A DNA stretch of 49,227 nucleotides from an uncultured Candidatus Bathyarchaeia archaeon. Lineage in GTDB: Archaea > Thermoproteota > Bathyarchaeia > Bathyarchaeales > Bathyarchaeaceae. Shown piece by piece: positions 36,518 to 44,465 of this stretch (positions are counted from its first letter, which is position 1; each line of letters begins with the position of its first letter). The stretch covers positions 1 through 49,227 of the forward strand of contig CAYFXU010000002.1 of the NCBI GenBank assembly GCA_964347145.1, in the 5' to 3' direction. Position numbers and translations under genes: made by a program. The notes under the pieces were generated by a model. It did no database searches and was not told where the DNA came from. It saw nothing but the letters and a program-made list of their open reading frames with translations.

Positions 36518-37552
36518 CTATTTCTCCTCTCTGGTTGAAATTGCTCTGACTACTTCTCTAATGTCAAGGTTCACAGGACACTCCTTGACACATCTTCCAC
36601 AACCCACGCAGAAGCTGTCGCCATGGTTCTTGACGAAATAATTGAACTTGTGCATTATCCTCTGTCTCATCCTCTCTTTTCCTGAAGGACGAGGATTATG
36701 CCCAGACCCTTGCAACGTGAAGCAAGAAAATTGACAGGAGTCCCAGATCCTGACCCTTTTTTCTTCTTCAGTTTCTTCCAGAATGTCAAAACAGCAGCAT
36801 GTGGGACAGAGGAAGGTGCAGACCCCGCAGCCTAGGCACTTCTGACATGTCTTGTCCCAAAAAGGATCGTCAAACATTCTGTCGAGTTTTTCGCTCACAC
36901 CTTTAAAAGAAAACCTAGACTCCACAGCGCTTTCAGCGCGTTCGGATAGCTTGTTCGCCCGCTCCAAGTCCACTTTTTTCGCATCTTTCAGCCACGGAAA
37001 CTCTTTGACGAGTTCCTCGCCTCTATCAGAGACTGTTTCTATTAGATACTTATCGTTTATGTCTTGGAAAAGCAGGTCCAAGCCTTCTTTCCCGAAAGGA
37101 CTTCCTCCAAGGGATGTGCAGAAGCATGTACTCAGAGGATGATTGCACGCCAATCCGACTATTGTTGTGTTCTTCCTCTTCTCTAAATAATACACATCTT
37201 TGTGTTCCCCTGAAGAGAGGAAACTGTCCAGCAAAACGAAGCTTCTGGCATCGCAGGGACGGACACCTAATAGCACCCTCTTTCCATTTCCAGTGGAAGA
37301 CTCTACAATTTCTACGTCTTTCTTGTCAATTTTAAACGTGAATAGAGTCTCGGTTTGCGGAAAGAAAACCTCTTTGGGAGGCTTCTTTGTATTGCAGAAG
37401 TTGAGGTAGGCCTGGTTTTCGGGGGAGAGCCTTTCAAATGACACGATACTTTTTTCCTTGACTGGCACGAAAACCTCGTATTCTTCAGCCAGTTCTCCAA
37501 TGAGGACGGGCAATTTGCTTTTTTCAATTACCTTCCACTTCATTGGAAACAC
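36518..37552 (-). CDS. Iron-sulfur subunit (FlxB / sulfhydrogenase beta HydB / AsrA family)
   Basis: 344 aa with CQKCLGCGVCTFLCPTCCCFD and CVGCGRCVKECPVN. Starts are GTG 37552 or ATG 37543. Confidence 0.7.
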   Translation of the reverse strand: MFPMKWKVIEKSKLPVLIGELAEEYEVFVPVKEKSIVSFERLSPENQAYLNFCNTKKPPKEVFFPQTETLFTFKIDKKDVEIVESSTGNGKRVLLGVRPCDARSFVLLDSFLSSGEHKDVYYLEKRKNTTIVGLACNHPLSTCFCTSLGGSPFGKEGLDLLFQDINDKYLIETVSDRGEELVKEFPWLKDAKKVDLERANKLSERAESAVESRFSFKGVSEKLDRMFDDPFWDKTCQKCLGCGVCTFLCPTCCCFDILEETEEEKRVRIWDSCQFSCFTLQGSGHNPRPSGKERMRQRIMHKFNYFVKNHGDSFCVGCGRCVKECPVNLDIREVVRAISTREEK

Positions 37553-37558
37553 CCCGTT

Positions 37559-38509
37559 TCACTTGATGAACTCCTGAGGATCCTCCATTTTGAATTCTCC
37601 CAATGGAGGAACCGCTTCAAGGCTTACTCCCGCTTCGTAGCCATACCGCTCTTTCATGATTTTTTCAGTTTTCTTCACGAGCTCCCTCAGGTTTATTCCC
37701 ATAGGACAAGCTCGACTGCAGGCTCCGCAATCCACGCACCTCCCGGCCACATGAAAGGCGCGTACGATATGGTAGATCATGGTGTCTGAAAGGTCGTTAG
37801 TCTTGCCGAACCACACCGGCATAGTTTGGTCGACACAGCACATTTTGCAGTAGCATAGGGGACAAACGTTCCTACATGCATAGCACCTGATGCATTTGCT
37901 CAGTTCCTCCCTAAAATGTTCCCACCTCTCTTTCGCTGACTTGGACTCAAAATTAATAACTTCAGCGAACTCGTTAGTGTCCGGGATTTCAGGCACCTTT
38001 TCTCCTACAAATACGTCGCAGATAGGTGGATTCCTGTGCTTGCAGGTTAGACACGAATCGCAGAGGAAATCCTTTTTCGGCAATGTCAGCTCAAAACCCT
38101 CTCCCTTAACCTTGACCTGTTCATCTTCGACGACTGCTTCAAGGACATCTTTACCCTCGAGTTCTGCCTCTATTTTTTTTCTATCAATTATGCCCAGACA
38201 AGGAACACCTATTATGACTACATTTTCCCGCTGAAACTGCTTCTCTATGGCACAAACAGCTATCAACCGTGCGTCGCAACCTTTTGCGACAATTCCTACC
38301 TTTACATTCTTACCTATTACGTATTTTGAAAGATTGGCGTCACAGATTGCGTTCCAAACGAGCTTATGAACTTCCTCTGTGTTGTCCACAAAGCAGGGAG
38401 TAGTGCGGAGAGGTAAGCTTCCTTGCTCATATCCTATTATCAAGTCGACCTTCTTCTCGCTGAGAAGTTTTTTCGCGATCTCTCTCATCGAATTTTCAAT
38501 GTTTTCCAT
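37559..38509 (-). CDS. 2x[4Fe-4S] ferredoxin-domain subunit (FlxC-like) with an uncharacterised N-terminal domain
   Basis: 316 aa with CIRCYACRNVCPLCYC and CVDCGACSRACPMG. Its ATG overlaps the mvhD stop by 14 nt. Confidence 0.6.
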   Translation of the reverse strand: MENIENSMREIAKKLLSEKKVDLIIGYEQGSLPLRTTPCFVDNTEEVHKLVWNAICDANLSKYVIGKNVKVGIVAKGCDARLIAVCAIEKQFQRENVVIIGVPCLGIIDRKKIEAELEGKDVLEAVVEDEQVKVKGEGFELTLPKKDFLCDSCLTCKHRNPPICDVFVGEKVPEIPDTNEFAEVINFESKSAKERWEHFREELSKCIRCYACRNVCPLCYCKMCCVDQTMPVWFGKTNDLSDTMIYHIVRAFHVAGRCVDCGACSRACPMGINLRELVKKTEKIMKERYGYEAGVSLEAVPPLGEFKMEDPQEFIK

Positions 38510-38945
38510 GTGCCATCTCCCTCTTCACCAGTCTCTTGGCGGGTCCTAAAGTCTTCACCGTTTCTACCACTTCCGTCACAACTTTGGCAAACTTTTCACC
38601 TTCAGCAGCTGAAACCCATGAGAAGTTTACCCTTCCAGGATCAATCCCCACATACCCCAACAAGTCCTTCAAGACAGCAAACCTCCTTCTGGCCACAAGG
38701 TTCCCGCTGATGTAGTGGCAGTCTCCCGGATGGCAGCCAGAAACCAACACCCCATCCCAGCCGTGCTGCAGGGCCGTTATGATATAGTATGGATTGACTC
38801 GCCCGGAGCATGGGACTCGGATGATTCTTATGTTAGGAGGATATTGGATCCTGCTTATCCCGGCAAGGTCTGCTCCGGCGTAGCTGCACCAGTTGCACAG
38901 GAAAGCTAGTATTTTTGGCTCCCATTCTTCTTCGGCAGTTTTCAT
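38496..38945 (-). CDS. mvhD: MvhD/FlxD-type [2Fe-2S] electron-transfer subunit (methyl-viologen-reducing hydrogenase delta family)
   Basis: ILAFLCNWCSYAGADLAG...VPCSGRVNP...DGVLVSGCHPGDCHY. The ATG at 38945 lies 5 nt after the hdrA stop, with GAGGTGA spanning that stop. The track's 38978 start lies inside hdrA. Confidence 0.88.
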   Translation of the reverse strand: MKTAEEEWEPKILAFLCNWCSYAGADLAGISRIQYPPNIRIIRVPCSGRVNPYYIITALQHGWDGVLVSGCHPGDCHYISGNLVARRRFAVLKDLLGYVGIDPGRVNFSWVSAAEGEKFAKVVTEVVETVKTLGPAKRLVKREMAHGKH

Positions 38946-38950
38946 TTTAG

Positions 38951-41900
38951 TCACCTCAGCGCGGCTATGACCGAGCATATCTGGTGGTCAGTAAAGCCTT
39001 TGATATCTATGGCTGAGCACCTGCAAGTAGCTGCGCAGGCTCCGCATCCCTTGCATAGGGCGCTGTTCACCTTCGCTGTTCTTCCTATCTTAGTCTCCTC
39101 GATCTCCATAGCATTGTACGCGCATACCTGTATGCAAAGCTCACACGCCGTGCATCTGTTCGGGTTGACAGTGGCTACGATTCCCTCGGCCTCGATTGTG
39201 TCTTTAGCCAGCACAGTGCATGCCCTGGAGACGGCGGCCTTGGCCTGAGAGATACTCTCTTCCATGGATTTTGGGGAATGAGCCATTCCGCATACGAAGA
39301 TGCCGTCTGTGGCAAAGTCGACAGGTCGAAGCTTGGCGTGTGCCTCCAGAAAGAAACCATCTTCGTTGATCGGAACCTTCAGCATCTTGGCCAAAATCTC
39401 GTTTTCTTTGGGTGGAATCACGGCTGCGCTCAGAACGACGATGTCCGCGTCTATCAGGATGTCTTCTAGAATGGTTGGCTCAAAGACCGAGACCTGCAAG
39501 CGCTCCTTTCCTTCTGATTGGACCTTCTGAACCTTCGGCTTGTTTTCTTCGTCGTAGCGGATAAAAACTACTCCAGCTTCTCGAGCTTTTCTGTAGTGTT
39601 CTTCTTTTAGACCGTACGTTCTTATGTCCCGATAAAGAACATACACGTTGGCTTCTGGGTCCTTTTCCTTTACTTTTAAGGCATTCTTGACCGCTTCTCC
39701 ACAACACATTCTGCTACAGTAGGGGCGTTCATCACACCTGGACCCGACACATTGAATCATCACCACATTGCCAAACTTTTCTTCAGCGTTGGCTACATTG
39801 CGTTCCTCCAGTTCTAGTTGCGTTAGGACGCGGGGGTCTTCACCATAAAGGTACTCGTTTGGATGATATTCTTCACCGCCAGTAGCAACGATAATGACGC
39901 CATGTTCCAGTTCTTTTTTTGCTTCACTGCTCGAGTTTTGATTCACTGTAGTTTTAAAGTTCCCTACGTACCCGGAGACATTCTCGACCTTTGTGTCTAG
40001 AAAGACTTGGATCAGTTCGTTTGAGTTTACCTTTTCAATAATTGTTTTGATGTAGTCTCGAGTGTCCTCACTGTCCAATGTGTAGTGGATCTTGCGGAGG
40101 AATCCCCCAAGTTCTTTGTTCTTCTCCACCAAATAAACTTCGAAACCTTGTTCAGCTAGGGCTAGAGCCGCAGTCATGCCTGACAAACCACCCCCGATAA
40201 CGAGTCCACGGCGGGTGACGTTCAGAGAAAGCCGCTCCAAGGGGGTCAGCATTCGAGCCTTTGCCACCACCATTCTCACCAAATCCTTCGCCTTCTCGGT
40301 TGCGGCTTCGTGAACATGCATGTGAACCCAAGAGCACTGGTCTCGGATGTTCGCCATCTCAAAGAGATACCGGTTCAGGCCAGCCTCCTTTATGGTTTCC
40401 TGAAAGAGAGGTTCATGTGTTCGCGGTGAACATGAGGCAACCACAACCCTGTTGAGACCGTATTCTTGGATATCCTTCTTTATCCGCTCTTGAGTGTCTG
40501 AAGAGCATGTATAGAGGTTGTCGCAGGCGTGGACGACGTTTGGAAGAGTTTTGACATACTCCACCACACTTGGAACATCGACAACACCTCCAATGTTGAT
40601 GCCGCAATGACAAATGAAGACTCCTATCCTAGGCGGTTGTCCTCTAACATCAATCTCTTTTGGGAACTCTTTCTTCTTAACCAAGCTTCCTCGAACTGAA
40701 GATAGCAACTCACCGACACAAGAAGCAGCCGCGCTGGCTTGAGTCACAGTCTCGGGAATATCCTTGGGCGAGGAAAGCATGCCGCAAACGAAAACTCCAA
40801 GCCTTGAAGTTTCCATAGGGTTGAAGGTTTGGGTTTTGCAGAAACCGTATTCATTCAACTGAACACCGAGGTTTTTGGCTAACTTCTTAACATTCTCGGA
40901 AGGGGTGAAACCGATTGAAAGGACAACTAGTTGAAACTCTTCTTCAAGGAGTTTTCCATCTTCAGTCTCATACCTTATTCTCAGATTCTGGGTCTCAGGT
41001 ATCTCTTCTATTCCAGACACTCTACACCTGACGAATCTCACTCCGTACTCGTCTTTAGCCCTCTCGATGTATTTGTCGAAGTCCTTTCCGTACGCTCGTA
41101 GGTCTATGTAGAAAATAGTTGGTTCAATCTGGTTCATGTGTTCCTTGGCTATTACAGCTTCCTTTGTGGCGTACATACAACAGACTGAAGAGCAGTAGCC
41201 GTTCCCACAAGTGACGTCTCTTGAGCCGACGCATTGTACAAAAGCAATTTTCTTGGGGATGTCTCCGTCTGATGGTCTTTCCACTCGTCCCATGAAGGGA
41301 CCAGAAGCACTCAGTATGCGCTCGAACTCAATGCTTGTGACCACGTTGGCGTATCTTCCGTAACCATACTCGCTTTTCAATTTGGCGTCAAATTCTTCAG
41401 CGCCGGGGGCCAAGATGACTGCGCCAACATTCAGTTTACCCTCTTTCTCTTGGTCTGAGTAGTTTATGGCGTCCGCCAGACAGATGTTTTTACAGAGCCC
41501 GCAACCCATGCACTTCTCTCTGTCGATCATATAAACCAGTGGAACAGCTTGCGGGTAATCTATGTGGATTGCGGACCTCTCGCTCAAGCCTTTGTTGAAG
41601 GTATCTATAGCCTCTACTGGACAAAACTTGGCGCACAATCCACAACCTGTGCACCTTTCCATATCAACGTATCTTGGCCGTTGTTTAACTGAGACGTTTA
41701 GGTTGCCTGCCTCTCCAGAGATTCCCGTAACCTCAGAACAAGTCAACACTTCAATGTTCAGGTGTCTTCCACATTCCACGAGCTTTGGAGACAAAATGCA
41801 CATGGAGCAGTCGTTTGTTGGGAACGTCTTGTCTAGCCTCGCCATGACTCCGCCTATGGCAGAGGAATTGTCCACTACGTAGACTTTGAAGCCTGAATCT

Positions 41901-42001
41901 GCCAGGTCAAGCGCCGACTGTATTCCTCCGATTCCCCCGCCCACAACTAACACGGAACCTACTTTGTTTTCTTCAGAAAGTGGGTTTTTTGGGTTCACCA
42001 T
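38951..42001 (-). CDS. hdrA: Fused double HdrA-like flavoprotein: QmoA-like module with inserted ferredoxin domain plus canonical HdrA module
   Basis: 1016 aa with two FAD dinucleotide motifs (VLVVGGGIGGIQSALDLADSG and GLVIGGGLSGMTAALALAEQG). Other motifs are DKTFPTNDCSMC, two CSSVCC/CSRMCC motifs, an internal HdrA N-domain motif IGVFICHCGINIGG, and four CxxCxxCxxxCP-type ferredoxin motifs. Confidence 0.9.
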   Translation of the reverse strand: MVNPKNPLSEENKVGSVLVVGGGIGGIQSALDLADSGFKVYVVDNSSAIGGVMARLDKTFPTNDCSMCILSPKLVECGRHLNIEVLTCSEVTGISGEAGNLNVSVKQRPRYVDMERCTGCGLCAKFCPVEAIDTFNKGLSERSAIHIDYPQAVPLVYMIDREKCMGCGLCKNICLADAINYSDQEKEGKLNVGAVILAPGAEEFDAKLKSEYGYGRYANVVTSIEFERILSASGPFMGRVERPSDGDIPKKIAFVQCVGSRDVTCGNGYCSSVCCMYATKEAVIAKEHMNQIEPTIFYIDLRAYGKDFDKYIERAKDEYGVRFVRCRVSGIEEIPETQNLRIRYETEDGKLLEEEFQLVVLSIGFTPSENVKKLAKNLGVQLNEYGFCKTQTFNPMETSRLGVFVCGMLSSPKDIPETVTQASAAASCVGELLSSVRGSLVKKKEFPKEIDVRGQPPRIGVFICHCGINIGGVVDVPSVVEYVKTLPNVVHACDNLYTCSSDTQERIKKDIQEYGLNRVVVASCSPRTHEPLFQETIKEAGLNRYLFEMANIRDQCSWVHMHVHEAATEKAKDLVRMVVAKARMLTPLERLSLNVTRRGLVIGGGLSGMTAALALAEQGFEVYLVEKNKELGGFLRKIHYTLDSEDTRDYIKTIIEKVNSNELIQVFLDTKVENVSGYVGNFKTTVNQNSSSEAKKELEHGVIIVATGGEEYHPNEYLYGEDPRVLTQLELEERNVANAEEKFGNVVMIQCVGSRCDERPYCSRMCCGEAVKNALKVKEKDPEANVYVLYRDIRTYGLKEEHYRKAREAGVVFIRYDEENKPKVQKVQSEGKERLQVSVFEPTILEDILIDADIVVLSAAVIPPKENEILAKMLKVPINEDGFFLEAHAKLRPVDFATDGIFVCGMAHSPKSMEESISQAKAAVSRACTVLAKDTIEAEGIVATVNPNRCTACELCIQVCAYNAMEIEETKIGRTAKVNSALCKGCGACAATCRCSAIDIKGFTDHQICSVIAALR

Positions 42002-42002
42002 C

Positions 42003-42788
42003 TTAGCTCACCTCTTTTCTTCGATACTTTGGGCTATTTCCTTCTATTCCTGCAACAGAGACTAACCCAGCGCGCTCGAGAGAAGTCATGTTTCTTAGCA
42101 CTTCGCTCGGAGAGTTTCCCACTTTTTTAGCTATTTCCCTGACGGAGAGGGTGTCTTTTCCCAGGGAGAGTAGGATTCTTCTTTTTGCAAGCTCTTTTTC
42201 GATGGTTTGGAACATCAGTTGATCGAATTCTTCTTGAGGGACTTTCTCCCCAAAGACGTTTTTATCCTCCACAAGCTCCATTTCTCTGCCCATGAGCCAT
42301 CTGATTCTCTGTTGGGCGAGGGCTTCCTTGGCTGCTAATAAGCGTGCTTTCAAATGTTCGAGTTTCATGTCTGTTTCTTTGCCTAGTGGACCTAGTTTCT
42401 TCACTCTTTCTGTGAATTCTTTCACCAGAGTTGCGAAGCGTTCACCCTCAGCGGCGGACACCCATTCAACTATCACCCGATCAGGAGACAATCCCACGTT
42501 TTTGAGGACATTTTTGGTTGTTTTCATTCTTCTTTTCGTGTAGTAGTTTCCGGTAATGTAGTGGCAGGTTCCCAGGTGGCAGCCCAAGACCATGACGCCG
42601 TCTAGACCTTGGATGAAGGCTTCAAGAATGATGGTTGGGTCAACCCTTGCTGAGCACATTACTCGGATAATACTTACATTGGGGGGATATTGCATACGGC
42701 TGACTCCCGCTAAATCCGCTGCGGCGTACGAGCACCAGTTGCAGAGGAACCCCAGGATTTCTGGTTCAAAATTCCTCTGAGAGGTCAA
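42003..42788 (-). CDS. MvhD-domain protein fused to a C-terminal winged-helix domain
   Basis: 261 aa. Residues 1-135 are MvhD (ILGFLCNWCSYAAADLAG, VMCSARVDP, DGVMVLGCHLGTCHY). Residues about 195-261 read ILLSLGKDTLSVREIAKKVGNSPSEVLRNMTSLERAGLVSVAGIEGNSPKYRRK, an ArsR/MarR-like wHTH pattern. The TTG start overlaps the upstream stop (TTGA), with GGAGGT 9 nt upstream. Confidence 0.8.
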   Translation of the reverse strand: MTSQRNFEPEILGFLCNWCSYAAADLAGVSRMQYPPNVSIIRVMCSARVDPTIILEAFIQGLDGVMVLGCHLGTCHYITGNYYTKRRMKTTKNVLKNVGLSPDRVIVEWVSAAEGERFATLVKEFTERVKKLGPLGKETDMKLEHLKARLLAAKEALAQQRIRWLMGREMELVEDKNVFGEKVPQEEFDQLMFQTIEKELAKRRILLSLGKDTLSVREIAKKVGNSPSEVLRNMTSLERAGLVSVAGIEGNSPKYRRKEVS

Positions 42789-44458
42789 GGTGTAACCTCC
42801 GCTAGGGCAACTACTTGTGCAACAAGCTGCTCATTGGTAAAGTGTCTCATAGTGATTGCCATCTGCGGACATCCAGCTCCGCATGCCCCACAACCCTTGC
42901 AGGAAGCGGCTATCACCTTGGCTTTCCTTCCCTTCTCGGTTCTTTCAACATGTATTGCCTTGAAAGGGCAAGTCATCTCGCACAAGCCGCAACCGGAGCA
43001 TTCTTCCTCATCAATCATCGGGATTAAGGGCTCGGTTTTCACGCGTCCAACTGACATAGGTATAGACGCTCGAGAGGCTGCGCCGTACGCTTGGAAAATG
43101 CTCTCACTGATGTTGGCCGGCCAATGGGCGCAACCGCACACATAAATGCCGTCCGTGGCGAAGTCGACGGGTCGAAGTTTAACGTGGGCCTCCAGGAAGA
43201 AGCCGTTCTCGTCAACTGGTACTTTCAGTTTCTGTGCGAGGTCTTTGGAGTCGTTGTAGGCGACCATTGGCGTTGAAAGCACGACGAGATCGTAGGGCAA
43301 TACGAGTTCTTCGCCCAGGAGCTCATCGTAGGCTCTGATCGACCCATTCTCGAGAACTGGTTGCCTTTGAGGCGAGTATTTTATGAATATTACGCCCGTT
43401 TCTCTCGCTTTTCCGTAGTAATCTTCATACTTTGTTCCTTGGGTTACAATGTCTCTGTATAACACGAAAACCTGGGCATTTGGGTTTGCTTCTTTAATTA
43501 ACATCGAGTTTTTGAGGGCGGCTAGGCAACAAACCTTAGAGCAGTAGGCCCTTTGTTCGTTCCTCGATCCTACACATTGGATCATCACAACATTGTCGGC
43601 GTTGATCCTTCCCTTCTTCAGCATTTGTTCCAGTTCCAGTTGGGTGACAACGGTTTTTCCATTGTAGCCATACATGCCCACGGGCTTGAGTGACTCAGCA
43701 CCTGTTGCTATCACGATCACTCCAGCCTTGAATAGCCTCTCCTTTTCTCCATTCCCTATCGTGACGTCATAATTGCCGACGAAGCCTTCAACTTCTTTAA
43801 CTTCGGAAGATGTCAAAACCTCTATCTCAGGGTTCTTCCGAACTTCCTTCGTCCTCTCCTGAACCAGCCTTGAAGCTTCTTCATTTGTTGGATAAAGCTT
43901 GTAGAGGTTATTTAGAGTTCCACCCAATTGGTTCTCTTTCTCTATCAGCTTCACTTCGAAGCCGCGGTTAGCTAGACTGAGGGCACAGGTCATTCCCGCG
44001 ATCCCTCCTCCAATTACCAAGGCGCAGGGATTAACCGCAATCTCAGTCTCTTCCAAAGGTTCCAGCAACGCTGCCTTTGCGACTCCCATCCTTATTAGGG
44101 CTTTTGCCTTTTCAGTTGCCTTCTCCCTCTCTTGCATGTGGACCCAAGAGCATTGGTCTCTTATGTTTACGAATTGAAAGAGGTAGGGGTTTAGTTCTGC
44201 CTCCTTGCAGGTTGACCTAAATAGAGGTTCGTGAGTTCTTGGGGTGCAAGACGCTACGACCACGCGGTTCAACTGTTTTTCCGCTATGGCGTTTTTTATT
44301 TCTGTTAATCCAGCCTCGGAGCAGGTATACTGATTGTCTTGAGAGAAGACAACGTGAGGCAAACTCAAGGCGTATCTAGTGAGTTCCGGAACGTCGAGAA
44401 ATCCTGCTATGTTCGTTCCGCAGTGACATACAAAAACGCCCACTCTAGCTTCATCCAA
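42785..44458 (-). CDS. hdrA: HdrA-like flavoprotein, module B (HdrA N-domain + FAD domain + C-terminal ferredoxin domain)
   Basis: 557 aa with VGVFVCHCGTNIAG, RDQCSWVH, ALVIGGGIAGMTCALSLANRG, CSKVCC, CSGCGLCEMTCP and CKGCGACGAGCP. It is colinear with residues about 455-1016 of the 1016-aa paralog. TTG start, with AGGTGA upstream. Confidence 0.9.
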   Translation of the reverse strand: MDEARVGVFVCHCGTNIAGFLDVPELTRYALSLPHVVFSQDNQYTCSEAGLTEIKNAIAEKQLNRVVVASCTPRTHEPLFRSTCKEAELNPYLFQFVNIRDQCSWVHMQEREKATEKAKALIRMGVAKAALLEPLEETEIAVNPCALVIGGGIAGMTCALSLANRGFEVKLIEKENQLGGTLNNLYKLYPTNEEASRLVQERTKEVRKNPEIEVLTSSEVKEVEGFVGNYDVTIGNGEKERLFKAGVIVIATGAESLKPVGMYGYNGKTVVTQLELEQMLKKGRINADNVVMIQCVGSRNEQRAYCSKVCCLAALKNSMLIKEANPNAQVFVLYRDIVTQGTKYEDYYGKARETGVIFIKYSPQRQPVLENGSIRAYDELLGEELVLPYDLVVLSTPMVAYNDSKDLAQKLKVPVDENGFFLEAHVKLRPVDFATDGIYVCGCAHWPANISESIFQAYGAASRASIPMSVGRVKTEPLIPMIDEEECSGCGLCEMTCPFKAIHVERTEKGRKAKVIAASCKGCGACGAGCPQMAITMRHFTNEQLVAQVVALAEVTP

Positions 44459-44465
44459 GTTCCTG

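Noticed and set aside
38946-38978. Longer MvhD start at 38978 (MLGHSRAEVTK...) given in the ORF track
   Set aside because: It overlaps the end of hdrA by 28 nt. The ATG at 38945 is preceded by GAGGTGA, and the resulting N-terminus aligns with the other MvhD copy.
44459-44465. The split between the 430-aa and 557-aa HdrA-like ORFs as a frameshift pseudogene of a fused hdrA
   Set aside because: Both halves are full length relative to the fused paralog and keep all Cys and FAD motifs. The junction has a stop, an AGGTGA Shine-Dalgarno and an in-frame TTG start. The same stop-embedded Shine-Dalgarno design recurs at other junctions of the operon. A sequencing error cannot be formally excluded.
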